Shown: positions 8,357 to 18,572, counted from the first letter of the stretch. The stretch is DNA of 64,000 bases from Candidatus Nanopelagicales bacterium (GCA_018609125.1 JABAYF010000024.1:14722-78721); one strand, 5' to 3'. Notes: generated by a model not told the origin, from the letters alone. Translations and numbers: made by a program.

Positions 8357-9844
8357 CTATTCCAGGACCTTGAGTTCACCCGATAAGCGATCATGCATCG
8401 CCGCACTTGACGTGTTAAGTCCGACGATCTGAACGGATTTTCCGTAGCGTTCGTATTTGGTCACAACCGAATCCAAGGCTGCCACGGTTGATGCGTCCCA
8501 GATATGGGACTGCGACATGTCGATGATGACCTCGACGGGATCGGCCACGTAGTCGAATTGCGTCGTGAGGTCATTACTTGACGCAAAGAATAATTCCCCG
8601 GTGACGTGATAGGTCACTGATTGTTCATCCGCTGTCGGTTCAATTCGTTGCACGTTCACTAGGTGAGCGACGCGACGCGCAAATAGCACTGATGCAGTCA
8701 CAACACCGACGATGACGCCGATCGCAAGATTATGCGTAACGACGACGACAATCACCGTGGCCAACATGACCGTTGTTTCACTCTTGGGCATTCGACGCAG
8801 GGTCGACCAGCGCACACTGTGCCAGTCGAAGGTGGCAACCGAGACCATGATCATCACCGCAACCAGAGCCGCCATGGGGACGATGGCCACGATGGGTGAG
8901 AAACCCATGATGAGTACCAGAAGGAAGACCCCGGCCAGGAAGGTAGACACCCGAGTACGCGCACCACTTACGCGCACATTGATCATCGTCTGCCCGATCA
9001 TGGCGCAACCACCCATGCCGCCAAAAAAGCCTGACACCATATTGGCCACACCCTGGCCCCAGGTTTCGCGGGTCTTTGATGAGCCAGTGTCGGTGATGTC
9101 GTCTACCAAACGAGCCGTCATGAGTGATTCCAAGATGCCGACGAGGGCCATGGCAATCGCGAAGGGGGCAATGATGGAGAGCGTTTCGAAGCTGATGGGA
9201 ACGTTGGGAATGAAAAGGGTCGGCAGCGAACGGGGTAGTTCTCCTTGATCGCCAATGGTGGGAACCGCCACCGCCATCGTGACTGTGATGATGGTCAAGA
9301 TCGCAATGGCTACCAGCGGTGCGGGCACCACGTTGGTGAGCCGCGGCAAGAACACCATCACTGCTAATCCAAGAACAACAAGTGGATATACCTGCCATGG
9401 CACGTCAATTAGCTGGGGTAGTTGGGAAAGAAAAATCAAAATTGCAAGTGAGTTAACGAAACCGATCATGACGCTGCGTGGGATGAACCGCATGAGCCGG
9501 GCCACTCCAGCCACCGCGAAGAGAATCTGCAGGATGCCGGCCAAAATGACGGTGGCAATGAAGTATTCAATGCCGTAGTCGCGCATGACGGGTGCGATAA
9601 CGAGTGCGACAGCACCGGTTGCTGCGGTGATCATGGCTGGGCGGCCACCTACGAAGGCGATGGTGATTGCCATGATGAAACTGGAAAAAAGCCCCACGCG
9701 AGGGTCAACGCCGGCGATGATCGAAAACGCGATCGCCTCGGGGATGAGAGCAAGGGCCACAACGAGACCGGCGAGTGTTTCCCGGGTCAGTAGCCGAGGG
9801 TGCCGAAGAGTAAACCAGACCGTAGGCGAACTATGAACAGACAC
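8357..9844 (-). CDS. SulP family inorganic anion transporter with C-terminal STAS domain
   Basis: 495 aa, polytopic membrane domain plus a C-terminal soluble about 110 aa STAS-like region (YHVTGELFFASS...VIIDMS). GTG start. Confidence 0.85.
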   Translation of the reverse strand: MSVHSSPTVWFTLRHPRLLTRETLAGLVVALALIPEAIAFSIIAGVDPRVGLFSSFIMAITIAFVGGRPAMITAATGAVALVIAPVMRDYGIEYFIATVILAGILQILFAVAGVARLMRFIPRSVMIGFVNSLAILIFLSQLPQLIDVPWQVYPLVVLGLAVMVFLPRLTNVVPAPLVAIAILTIITVTMAVAVPTIGDQGELPRSLPTLFIPNVPISFETLSIIAPFAIAMALVGILESLMTARLVDDITDTGSSKTRETWGQGVANMVSGFFGGMGGCAMIGQTMINVRVSGARTRVSTFLAGVFLLVLIMGFSPIVAIVPMAALVAVMIMVSVATFDWHSVRWSTLRRMPKSETTVMLATVIVVVVTHNLAIGVIVGVVTASVLFARRVAHLVNVQRIEPTADEQSVTYHVTGELFFASSNDLTTQFDYVADPVEVIIDMSQSHIWDASTVAALDSVVTKYERYGKSVQIVGLNTSSAAMHDRLSGELKVLE

Positions 9845-10069
9845 ACAAACCTTTTGATTGACAGCGGAAAAGCCGGGTGTAAGTCCAGCAAAGAGTGCCT
9901 ACGATACGTGACCGGTTCATTCCTCCGGGCAATGCCCCCGGGGGTACAACGTCAAACAGCGCCACCAGATGTGATGGACCCGCAAGCAGGTGCACCAATC
10001 TAGCGACGCTGTCTGACGTCTTAGCTCAGGCTTTTCAGCCCACGCGTGACGTGACAATCGTTATCGAAG

Positions 10070-11416
10070 TCACGCACCCGAACATGGCGCGCTGTAGTCG
10101 TAAGCCTCCGCGGTCGGACCGAGATAGCTCACCTCGAGGGTGCGTAGACCCAATTCCCCCGCCTCGTCGGGTGCCGCAACGGTCACCGAGCGGTCAACGA
10201 GAGCTGAAGGGCCATTGACGGTGACGTTGGGCAGTGCGCCCTGGTAGTCAACCTCAACGCCGTCGGCTACAGCAGCGCGCAGGCCCTCTCGGGTCAGGTC
10301 GCCGCTAGCGGCGGCCTTCTGCAGTGCTGCAAGCATCGGGTACTGCCAGACCCAGCCGTAGGTGTAACCATCATTTGCCGGCACGGTGCCACCGGTGGAA
10401 GCGATGATTGCTTGCATGGCAGGTGAATCGGTGCTTCCAAAGGAAGGCGTTGTGCCCACGTTGATCAAGGTGGCCAAAAGTGCCGGAGCGGCAGCGGTCT
10501 GCAGCAGGATCGGGTTCCACGTGGGGGCAGCACCGACAAACTTGCCGGCAAACCCACTTGCGACTGCCTTGCCTACGATTTCGGCAACCTCAGCCGGGCC
10601 GGTGCCCAAAGTCACAACATCAGGATTGGCTGCCAAGATCTGCTGCACGGCAGCATCCTGGTTGCCGGCGATGGAGTTGGGGAGTTGCTCAACGAAGCCA
10701 ACGAACTCCACGTCGTTCGCCTCAGCCCACTTTTGGGTGCCTGCGGAGAAGTCACCGCCGTAGTCACCGGGGGGGCCGACCGAAAGAATCGTCTTGATAG
10801 CGCCATTGTTCTCCACGTACCAGTCCATACCGCTCATCGCCTGCATGCAGTAGGACGCCCCCGACTCCAAGACCACGCCGAAGTCATCGGCGGAGAACTG
10901 CCAGCCTGACCACCACGATGCGGGAACACCGATCACGTTGTCGGCATCCATGTCCGGCAGAATCGCCTGGGTCTGTGGGGTACCTAGGGTCTGGGCGAGC
11001 GCGAGGATATTGGGTTCAATCGCGCGATACTCCTGACTGTGTACCGCGGGGTCATACTTGTTATCGCGTGTGTTCTGCGAAACGTTGACATCAAAACCGT
11101 TGACGCCGCCAGCATCATTGATGGTCTTCCAGAACGCTTCCTGACCCTTCACAACCTCAAGGGCCAAGGGCACAAAGGGGCCCTCGGTGAGATCGGAGAT
11201 GACGCCGAGATAGATACAACCGTTGTCGGGATTGGTGCTGCCCGGACACGGTTCGCTGGTAACACCGGTTCCGGTCACAATGTTGGACTGGGTGCCGGTG
11301 GGATCCGGGCTAGCGGTGGAGGTTCCACCATCGTCGCTGCTACCGCCGCAGGCGCTAAGCACCAGTGCTGCTGCACCGATTCCCGCAAGCGACAGCTTTA
11401 TCTTTCGTGAGATCAC
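10070..11416 (-). CDS. ABC transporter substrate-binding lipoprotein (LIV / type-I periplasmic binding fold)
   Basis: Start trimmed to GTG 11416 (GGGAGG upstream). Signal peptide plus lipobox LSAC, then a Ser/Thr/Gly linker and a large binding domain. Divergent from the LIV-type ABC operon. Confidence 0.8.
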   Translation of the reverse strand: MISRKIKLSLAGIGAAALVLSACGGSSDDGGTSTASPDPTGTQSNIVTGTGVTSEPCPGSTNPDNGCIYLGVISDLTEGPFVPLALEVVKGQEAFWKTINDAGGVNGFDVNVSQNTRDNKYDPAVHSQEYRAIEPNILALAQTLGTPQTQAILPDMDADNVIGVPASWWSGWQFSADDFGVVLESGASYCMQAMSGMDWYVENNGAIKTILSVGPPGDYGGDFSAGTQKWAEANDVEFVGFVEQLPNSIAGNQDAAVQQILAANPDVVTLGTGPAEVAEIVGKAVASGFAGKFVGAAPTWNPILLQTAAAPALLATLINVGTTPSFGSTDSPAMQAIIASTGGTVPANDGYTYGWVWQYPMLAALQKAAASGDLTREGLRAAVADGVEVDYQGALPNVTVNGPSALVDRSVTVAAPDEAGELGLRTLEVSYLGPTAEAYDYSAPCSGA

Positions 11417-11645
11417 GTGTCCTCCCGATTCGAGTCGATCTCCTGGCCCCTGTGGCCGTCCCGCGCAGATCACACATATGAGTGCGCGATGCACTACCTA
11501 CTTATTCAAATATTTCAAAGAACACACACGAGCGCTAGTTCTTGACAGTATGCATGGTGCCCGCATCTGTTCATCATTGTTGGCGGACTGGTCACAGGCG
11601 GGTAACGGTTCTTCGAAATCACCGAAACAGCGGGTGGAGGCGTCA

Positions 11646-12431
11646 GTGCTGGCACTAGAAAACCTTGAGGTCGTCTACGAGGACGTCATCCTTGTTCTCA
11701 AGGGGGTGAGTATCCAGGTTCCGGAAGGTTCCGTCGTAGCGCTACTCGGGCCCAACGGTGCGGGGAAAACCACCGTGCTGCGTGCCATCACCGGGCTGCT
11801 CGACGTCCATCGTGGGCGCATCAGCAAGGGCCGCGTCATGCTCGATGGTGAACAGATCAGCGGCAAGACTGCCCCCCAGATCGTGCAGGCCGGCATCGGC
11901 CAGACGATGGAGGGGCGACGCATCTTTCGCGAATTCACCGTCGAGGAGAACCTTCGGGCCGGGGGTCACACCGCCGCACGCTCCGATGTCAGTGCCGGGC
12001 TCGCCCGCACCTACGACATGTTTCCGATCCTCGCCGAACGCCGAAAGGCCACGGCCGGTTACCTCTCCGGTGGAGAGCAACAAATGCTCGCCATTGGTCG
12101 CGCTCTCATGTCCGGCCCCAAGTACCTTCTCCTCGACGAACCCTCACTCGGTGTGGCGCCCAAGATCGTGCAACAACTTCGCGACCTGATTGCTCAGATC
12201 AACGCCAGTGGCACCACGGTGCTTTTGGTTGAACAAAATGCTGCGATGGCTCTCTCCGTTGCCACCCATGGATACGTCATGGAGACCGGGCGCATTGTGA
12301 TGGACAAGCCGGTCGAAGAACTACGTGAAGACGACGATGTCAAGGAGTTCTACCTTGGCCTTCGCGGCGATGAGCGCACTTCTTTACGAGATGTCAAACA
12401 GTACCGGCGCCGGAAGAGGTGGCTGAGCTGA
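11646..12431 (+). CDS. ABC transporter ATP-binding protein, LivF-like
   Basis: Start trimmed to GTG 11646 (GGTGGAGG upstream), giving LALENLEVVY. Walker A GPNGAGKTT, signature LSGGEQQ, Walker B LLLDEPS. The upstream 141 codons of the track ORF are antisense to the SBP gene. Confidence 0.85.
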   Translation: MLALENLEVVYEDVILVLKGVSIQVPEGSVVALLGPNGAGKTTVLRAITGLLDVHRGRISKGRVMLDGEQISGKTAPQIVQAGIGQTMEGRRIFREFTVEENLRAGGHTAARSDVSAGLARTYDMFPILAERRKATAGYLSGGEQQMLAIGRALMSGPKYLLLDEPSLGVAPKIVQQLRDLIAQINASGTTVLLVEQNAAMALSVATHGYVMETGRIVMDKPVEELREDDDVKEFYLGLRGDERTSLRDVKQYRRRKRWLS

Positions 12432-13219
12432 TGAGCGATCCGATTCTTGAAGTTTCACAGTTGAGTCTGTCCTTCGGCGGTACGAAAGCCATTCGCGATG
12501 TCAGCTTCGATGTGCAAAGGCACGAACTCTTCGCCGTCATCGGACCCAACGGTGCCGGTAAGACCTCAATTTTCAATTGCATTTCCGGCGTTTACGAACC
12601 ACAGGTGGGCTCAATTCTGCTCGATGGCGAAGGCCTGCTCGGTGAGCGGCCGGAAAATATCGCCCGCAAGGGTGTGGCCCGGATGTTTCAAAACATCGAG
12701 TTGTTCGACAACCTCACGGTGTTGGACAACCTCATGCTTGGGCGGACCACCCACATGTTGTACTCGGTGCTCGCTGCATTCGCCTTCACCCCGGGGGTGC
12801 GCAAAGCCGAACGAGAAAACCGAGCGGTGGTCGAGGAACTCATCGACTTCCTCGACATCGAAAGTTACCGGGCCTATCCGGTGGGCATGCTGCCCTACGG
12901 TGTGAAGAAGCGAGTCGAAATGGGCCGGGCGTTGGCGATGGAGCCCAGCCTGCTGCTCCTCGATGAACCCGTTGCCGGCATGAACGTGGAAGAAACCGAA
13001 GATATGGCACGTTTCATCCTCGACGTTCGCGCCGAACTGGGTGTATCCATGATTTTGGTTGAACACGACATGGGCCTGGTCATGGATCTGGCCGATCGGG
13101 TCATGGTCTTGGACTTTGGTGAACGTATTTCACTGGGTACACCAGCGGTTGTTCAGTCCGACCCCAACGTTATCCGCGCCTACCTTGGCGAAGAACTTGA
13201 CGCGTCCAGCACATCTTAA
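12419..13219 (+). CDS. ABC transporter ATP-binding protein, LivG-like
   Basis: Walker A GPNGAGKTS, Walker B LLLLDEP, and the LivG-type C-terminal extension (PNVIRAYLG). Alternative start ATG 12431 overlaps the upstream stop (TGATG). Confidence 0.85.
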   Translation: MAELMSDPILEVSQLSLSFGGTKAIRDVSFDVQRHELFAVIGPNGAGKTSIFNCISGVYEPQVGSILLDGEGLLGERPENIARKGVARMFQNIELFDNLTVLDNLMLGRTTHMLYSVLAAFAFTPGVRKAERENRAVVEELIDFLDIESYRAYPVGMLPYGVKKRVEMGRALAMEPSLLLLDEPVAGMNVEETEDMARFILDVRAELGVSMILVEHDMGLVMDLADRVMVLDFGERISLGTPAVVQSDPNVIRAYLGEELDASSTS

Positions 13220-13245
13220 TGACGCCTTGATGAGGGAGATCAACC

Positions 13246-15156
13246 ATGACCGCTGTCATTGAACCCACGACCCAGACGTGGACGCTCGCACAAGAAATAC
13301 GTGCGTGGGCTGAGCGCACCCCCGACGCTGTCAGCATGCGCGCGAAGCGCTTTGGCATCTGGCAGGACATTACCTGGGCTGACTACGCCGACCAACTCGA
13401 TCTCGTTGGTCACGCATGTCTAGCACTGGGCATGCAGCCGGGCGACCGGGTGGCGGTGCACTCGGAGAATCGACCCGAATGGCTCTTCGCCGATGCTGGA
13501 ATCACCGCTGCCCGAGGCATCACCGTTGGTCTATATCCCACGAATCCAGCCCCCGAGGTTGGTTATCTCTTGGCAGATTCAGGTGCGCGCATTCTTATTG
13601 CCGAAGATCAAGAACAGGTGGACAAGGCCCTGCTCATTGAGGCTGAGTGTCCAGACTTAGAGTGGATTGTGTTCCTGGACAATCGTGGTGTTACCACGAT
13701 GGATCACCCAAAACTTATGCCCTGGCAGGCATTCATTGATCGTGGCCGTGTACACCGTGAGGCGCACCCGCACGCGCTAAAAGACCTAGGCGCTACCGCA
13801 CAGCCCGACGACGTCGTCACCCTCGTGTACACATCCGGTACCACCGGGCCGCCCAAGGGCGCGATGCTGACCAATGCAAACGTGCAATTCGCCAGCAACG
13901 TCATCGCTAACGGCGGCGGTCTTTATGAACCTCCGCCCAATCCCAGTGACGTGCTCTTAAGTTACCTACCGCTGTGCCACGTGGCCGAGCGTGCGGTGAC
14001 CACCTGGACCAATGCAGTTTCCGGTGCGGTCGTGCATTTTGCCGAATCAATCGACACGGTCACCATTAATTTACGTGAAGTACAGCCCACGTTGTTCTTT
14101 GCCGTTCCACGCATCTGGGAAAAGCTCAAAGCTGGCGTCGAGGTGCGCATGTCGGCAGCGTCATTCCTGAAGAAATTGAATTACCGAATTTGGATGGGCG
14201 TGGGCAAGGGTATCGCCGATTCAATGCTGGCCAACGGTGGCAAGCACACCCTGTGGAGTCGTATTCGCTACGCGTTCGGCTACGTGTTTCTCTATCGCGC
14301 CCTTCGTGAACGTATCGGCATGAGCAAGGTGCGCAGCGCCACATCAGCAGCAGCGCCAATCTCACCAGAAGTGCTCTACTTCTTCTTCACCATGGGCGTG
14401 GTTATCAATGAGCTCTACGGCATGACCGAGAACAGCGCGGTAGCGACGAGTAATCGCGCGGGTCGAATCAAGCTGGGCACTGTCGGTGAACCACACCCCG
14501 ATGTGGAACTAAAACTTGCTGATGGCACCAACGAAATCCTCACTCGTCACCCGGGAAGCTTCGCCGGCTACTGGAATCGACCCGATGCCACAGCAGAAAC
14601 CCTCGACAGTGACGGTTGGTTACACACCGGCGATGTGGGCGAATGGGTTGACGGTACCCACATCAAGATCGTCGATCGAATCAAAGACATCATCATCACC
14701 GCCGGCGGGAAAAATATCTCACCATCGGAGTTAGAGAATGCCCTCAAAGCATCGCCCTTCATTCGCGAAGCCATGGTGGTGGGCGATCAACAGCCGTATC
14801 TGGTAGCCCTGATCGGAATCGAAGAGGACACCGTGGGTGGCTGGGCGCAGAGCAAACGCATCGCCTACTCCACCTATCGGGATCTATCCGAACGCGAAGA
14901 GGTGCTGCAACTCGTGCAGGGAATCATCGCCGGAGTAAACGAACGCACCGCTCGGGTGGAGAACATTCGCAAGTTCCGCATGATCACCAAGGCCCTTGAC
15001 CATGAAGATGGCGATCTCACCGCCACCCAGAAAGTGAAGCGCTCCGCCTTGGCAAAGAGCTTGGCCGCCCTCATTGACGACATGTACTCGGGTAGGGATG
15101 AACTCCCCGGTGGCGACCAAAGCAAGATCATTGCCGTCACCACGGCGGAGGTATAG
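13246..15156 (+). CDS. AMP-dependent long-chain acyl-CoA ligase (FadD-like)
   Basis: 636 aa with AMP-binding motif YTSGTTGPPKG, GYGMTE-like YGMTEN and TGDVG. Embedded between the ATPase and permease genes. Confidence 0.85.
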   Translation: MTAVIEPTTQTWTLAQEIRAWAERTPDAVSMRAKRFGIWQDITWADYADQLDLVGHACLALGMQPGDRVAVHSENRPEWLFADAGITAARGITVGLYPTNPAPEVGYLLADSGARILIAEDQEQVDKALLIEAECPDLEWIVFLDNRGVTTMDHPKLMPWQAFIDRGRVHREAHPHALKDLGATAQPDDVVTLVYTSGTTGPPKGAMLTNANVQFASNVIANGGGLYEPPPNPSDVLLSYLPLCHVAERAVTTWTNAVSGAVVHFAESIDTVTINLREVQPTLFFAVPRIWEKLKAGVEVRMSAASFLKKLNYRIWMGVGKGIADSMLANGGKHTLWSRIRYAFGYVFLYRALRERIGMSKVRSATSAAAPISPEVLYFFFTMGVVINELYGMTENSAVATSNRAGRIKLGTVGEPHPDVELKLADGTNEILTRHPGSFAGYWNRPDATAETLDSDGWLHTGDVGEWVDGTHIKIVDRIKDIIITAGGKNISPSELENALKASPFIREAMVVGDQQPYLVALIGIEEDTVGGWAQSKRIAYSTYRDLSEREEVLQLVQGIIAGVNERTARVENIRKFRMITKALDHEDGDLTATQKVKRSALAKSLAALIDDMYSGRDELPGGDQSKIIAVTTAEV

Positions 15157-15158
15157 GC

Positions 15159-16055
15159 GTGGACGAGTTACTCGGCTCAATTGTCCGCGGCACCGGCCTT
15201 GGCGGCTTGTACGCGCTGCTAGGCGTGTCCTTTGTCATCATTTATCGGGCCACCGGTGTCATCAACTTCGCTACCCCAGCCCTGATGATCCTCGGTGCCT
15301 TCTTTACCGGGGCCTTTGGCAGCAGCCTGGGACTACCCTTCTTCGTCTCTGTCGTCCTCGCAATGATTGTGATGGCTGCCATCGGGATGGTCACGGAGCG
15401 AGTTGCCCTGCGCCCGATGGTGGGTAGACCTGCCTTTTCGGCGGCGACGGTCACCGTGGGTTTATTTATCATCTTGCTCATCGTTGCTGGGCGACTCATC
15501 GGTTCTGAACTTGTCAACGTAAACGATCCGTTCGGGTTGAACACCATTGAAGTTCTTGGTTCTACCCTGTTCACCCTCGACATCGCCCGACTCATTATCG
15601 CCATGGTGGCCATTGCCATCGTCGGCATATTTTTGGCGCGCTCGCGCACCGGTCTGGCCATGCGCGCCACCGCACTCGATCAGGAAACAAGCCTCGCCCA
15701 GGGCATCAACGTCGGGCGCATGTTCGGCCTGTCCTGGGGAATTTCTGCCGCGATGGCCGCACTCGCCGGTGCCATGCTCACCGCGGGCGGCTCCGGGGTA
15801 GAAACGACAGCAGCATTGTTCGCCCTGAAGGCACTGCCCGTCATCATTCTCGGTGGCTTGGACTCCATTAAGGGGGCGGTCATCGGGGGCATGATCATCG
15901 GCATCGTCGAGTCACTCACCCGCACCTACCAACCGCTATACCTGCCGTGGCTTGGCGCAGGCTTTGACATCATCGTGCCGTACATCATCATGATCATCGT
16001 GCTCATGGTCAGACCCTACGGCCTCTTCGGCACCAAGGAGGTTGTCCGCGTATGA
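15159..16055 (+). CDS. branched-chain-type ABC transporter permease, LivH-like
   Basis: 298 aa polytopic membrane protein, 2 nt after the ligase stop, with 4-nt overlap to the next permease. Confidence 0.8.
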   Translation: MDELLGSIVRGTGLGGLYALLGVSFVIIYRATGVINFATPALMILGAFFTGAFGSSLGLPFFVSVVLAMIVMAAIGMVTERVALRPMVGRPAFSAATVTVGLFIILLIVAGRLIGSELVNVNDPFGLNTIEVLGSTLFTLDIARLIIAMVAIAIVGIFLARSRTGLAMRATALDQETSLAQGINVGRMFGLSWGISAAMAALAGAMLTAGGSGVETTAALFALKALPVIILGGLDSIKGAVIGGMIIGIVESLTRTYQPLYLPWLGAGFDIIVPYIIMIIVLMVRPYGLFGTKEVVRV

Positions 16056-17197
16056 GTAACGACACGGCAAAATCAAAACGCACTACCCACGGGCGGCCAC
16101 GACTTTTCTCCAGCTATTCAGGTGAGATGGCCATCTTCAACACTCGCGTCAAACTCATTTGGGCCATTCTGGGTGGGGCGGCCGTTCTCGCGCTGCCCTT
16201 CTTCTTCCAACGGGACATGGTGGCACTCTTCACCACCGTCTTCATCTACGCCATCGGCGGAATCGGACTCAACCTACTCACCGGTTACGCCGGTCAGGTG
16301 TCCTTGGGGCAGGCATTCTTCCTGGGCATAGGCGCATACACCGCAGCGGTTTTGGGTGGTGAATCCAAGGGCGATGTCATTGGTCTCGGCTGGGATATGG
16401 CCATTTGGCTGCCGCTGGCTGGTCTGGTGCCAGCAATCATCGCCCTCATTCTTGCACCGCTCGCGGCTCGAGTCCGGGGGCTCTATCTGGCGATTTTGAC
16501 CCTCGGCTTGGTCTTCATTGGCGAGCACATTTTCAAAGAAGCCAAGCCACTCACCGGCGGTGCAGGTGTTGGGCGTACACCAGCTGAGCCCGTGCTCTTT
16601 GGGTTCGACCTGTTTAGCAATCACGAAATTCTCGGCGTCGACGTTGACCGTTTTACCGTGTACTACTTCGCTTGCTTCATCATCTTCGTCGTACTGGCCC
16701 TTCTCGCCCGCAACTTCACCCGCTCACGATTCGGGCGTTCCTTCGCAGCTGTTCGCGACCGTGACGTAGCGGCGGAGGTGATGGGCGTGTCACTGCTGCG
16801 CACCAAATCACTGGCCTTTGCAGTGTCAGCGTTCTACGCCGGAATCGCCGGTGCCCTGCTGTCGGTCATCATCGGCCGCATCTCACCAGAGACCTGGAAC
16901 TTCTTCCTGTCCATTGACTTCCTCGCCGTCATCTTCATCGGTGGTTTGGCCACAATCACTGGCTCCATCATGGGCGCGATTTTCGTCGTTATGCTGCCGC
17001 AGTTGGTCAAGGCGCTCACCGGCGTCCTACCCATTGATCAGGGTGTGGGCCAAGGTGGACTCCTCAATGTTTTCGAACTGCAAACAATTATCTTCGGTGT
17101 CCTGATCGTGGTCTTCCTCATCGCTGAGCCACGCGGCATCTACGGACTATGGATACGTTTACGCAACTACTTCAAGGCATGGCCATTTAGCTATTAA
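16052..17197 (+). CDS. branched-chain-type ABC transporter permease, LivM-like
   Basis: 381 aa polytopic membrane protein, translationally coupled to the LivH-like gene. Confidence 0.8.
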   Translation: MSNDTAKSKRTTHGRPRLFSSYSGEMAIFNTRVKLIWAILGGAAVLALPFFFQRDMVALFTTVFIYAIGGIGLNLLTGYAGQVSLGQAFFLGIGAYTAAVLGGESKGDVIGLGWDMAIWLPLAGLVPAIIALILAPLAARVRGLYLAILTLGLVFIGEHIFKEAKPLTGGAGVGRTPAEPVLFGFDLFSNHEILGVDVDRFTVYYFACFIIFVVLALLARNFTRSRFGRSFAAVRDRDVAAEVMGVSLLRTKSLAFAVSAFYAGIAGALLSVIIGRISPETWNFFLSIDFLAVIFIGGLATITGSIMGAIFVVMLPQLVKALTGVLPIDQGVGQGGLLNVFELQTIIFGVLIVVFLIAEPRGIYGLWIRLRNYFKAWPFSY

Positions 17198-17216
17198 CGT
17201 CGGTCAACCAGCGAAG

Positions 17217-18572
17217 TTACACCTGTGCCATATCGACGAAGCGACTGTAATGGCCCTGGAAAGCGACCGTGATCGTCGACGTAGGGCCATTGCGGTGCTT
17301 CGCCACGATGAAATCTGCTTCACCCGCACGCGGTGACTCACGCTCGTAGGCATCATCGCGGTGGAGCAGGATGACCATGTCCGCATCTTGTTCGAGGCTG
17401 CCCGATTCGCGTAGATCCGACAGCATGGGACGTTTGTCGGTGCGCTGCTCCGGCCCACGGTTCAACTGACTCACCGCGATAACCGGGACCTGCAGCTCTT
17501 TTGCTAGCAACTTTAGTGAGCGAGAAAACTCAGATACCTCTTGCTGGCGGCTTTCCACCCGCTTACCGCTGGTCATCAACTGCATGTAGTCGACCACCAC
17601 CAGGCGCAGGTCGTGGCGCTGTTTCAAGCGCCGACATTTAGCCCGGATTTCCATCATGGTGAGGTTCGGGGAATCATCTATAAATAGTGGCGCCTCTGAA
17701 ACGGACCCCATCTTGGTCGCCAACTTGGTCCAGTCGTTATCGGACATGGAACCGGCCCGCATGTGGTGCAGCGCAACCTGTGCCTCAGCGGAAAGTAGGC
17801 GCATGATGATCTCATTGCGACTCATCTCCAGGGAAAAGATGACACTGGTGAGACTGTGTTTGATGCTGGCGGTGCGGGCAATATCTAGGGCCAGGGTGGA
17901 TTTACCCAGAGCGGGTCGGGCCGCGAGGATGATTAGCTGCCCGGCATGAAGGCCATTGGTGAGGGAATCAAGGTCGGCAAAACCGGTGGGCACCCCCACC
18001 ATGTTGCCGCCACGGTTAGAGATCGCCTCAATCTCGGTGAGGGCACCGTCCATCAGATCGCGCAGGGGCAAATAGTCTTCAGAGGTGCGCCGCTCGGTGA
18101 CTTCGTACACCTCAGCCTGCGCGCGATCGACAACCTGATCGACCTCGCCCTCCCCTGAATAACCCATCGACACGATGCGGGTGCCAGCTTCGACCAGGCG
18201 ACGCAAAATGGCCCGCTCTTTCACGATGCGGCCGTAGTAGTTGGCATTGGCAGCGGTGGGTACGAGGGCGACCAGCGTATGTAGATAGGGCACCCCGCCG
18301 ATGCGGGTGACCTCACCGGTCCGGGTGAGCTCGCCCGCCACCGTTACCGCATCTGCTGGATCTCCTCGGCTGTACAGGTCGAGAATGGCGTCGTAAATGG
18401 TGGCATGGGCCGGCTTATAAAAGTCATCCGTTCGCAGTTCTTCAACGACGTCGGCGATGGCGTCCTTGCTCAGCATCATGGCGCCAAGAACTGACTGCTC
18501 GGCCTGCAGATCCTGAGGCGGGATGCGGTCGAACATCTCTCGCGACGCAGAGGGAAGTTCTGCAACGCTCAT
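17217..18572 (-). CDS. dnaB: replicative DNA helicase DnaB (no intein)
   Basis: N-terminal IPPQDLQAEQSVLGAMML, Walker A ARPALGKST, DnaB C-terminal RecA-like motifs. Start set to ATG 18572 (GAAAGGG 6 nt upstream). Confidence 0.95.
   Translation of the reverse strand: MSVAELPSASREMFDRIPPQDLQAEQSVLGAMMLSKDAIADVVEELRTDDFYKPAHATIYDAILDLYSRGDPADAVTVAGELTRTGEVTRIGGVPYLHTLVALVPTAANANYYGRIVKERAILRRLVEAGTRIVSMGYSGEGEVDQVVDRAQAEVYEVTERRTSEDYLPLRDLMDGALTEIEAISNRGGNMVGVPTGFADLDSLTNGLHAGQLIILAARPALGKSTLALDIARTASIKHSLTSVIFSLEMSRNEIIMRLLSAEAQVALHHMRAGSMSDNDWTKLATKMGSVSEAPLFIDDSPNLTMMEIRAKCRRLKQRHDLRLVVVDYMQLMTSGKRVESRQQEVSEFSRSLKLLAKELQVPVIAVSQLNRGPEQRTDKRPMLSDLRESGSLEQDADMVILLHRDDAYERESPRAGEADFIVAKHRNGPTSTITVAFQGHYSRFVDMAQV

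Noticed and set aside
9845-10069. Known riboswitch (fluoride, guanidine, Mn, ZTP) upstream of the SulP transporter.
   Set aside because: None of the conserved core sequences I know for these classes is present. It is kept only as an unexplained long leader.
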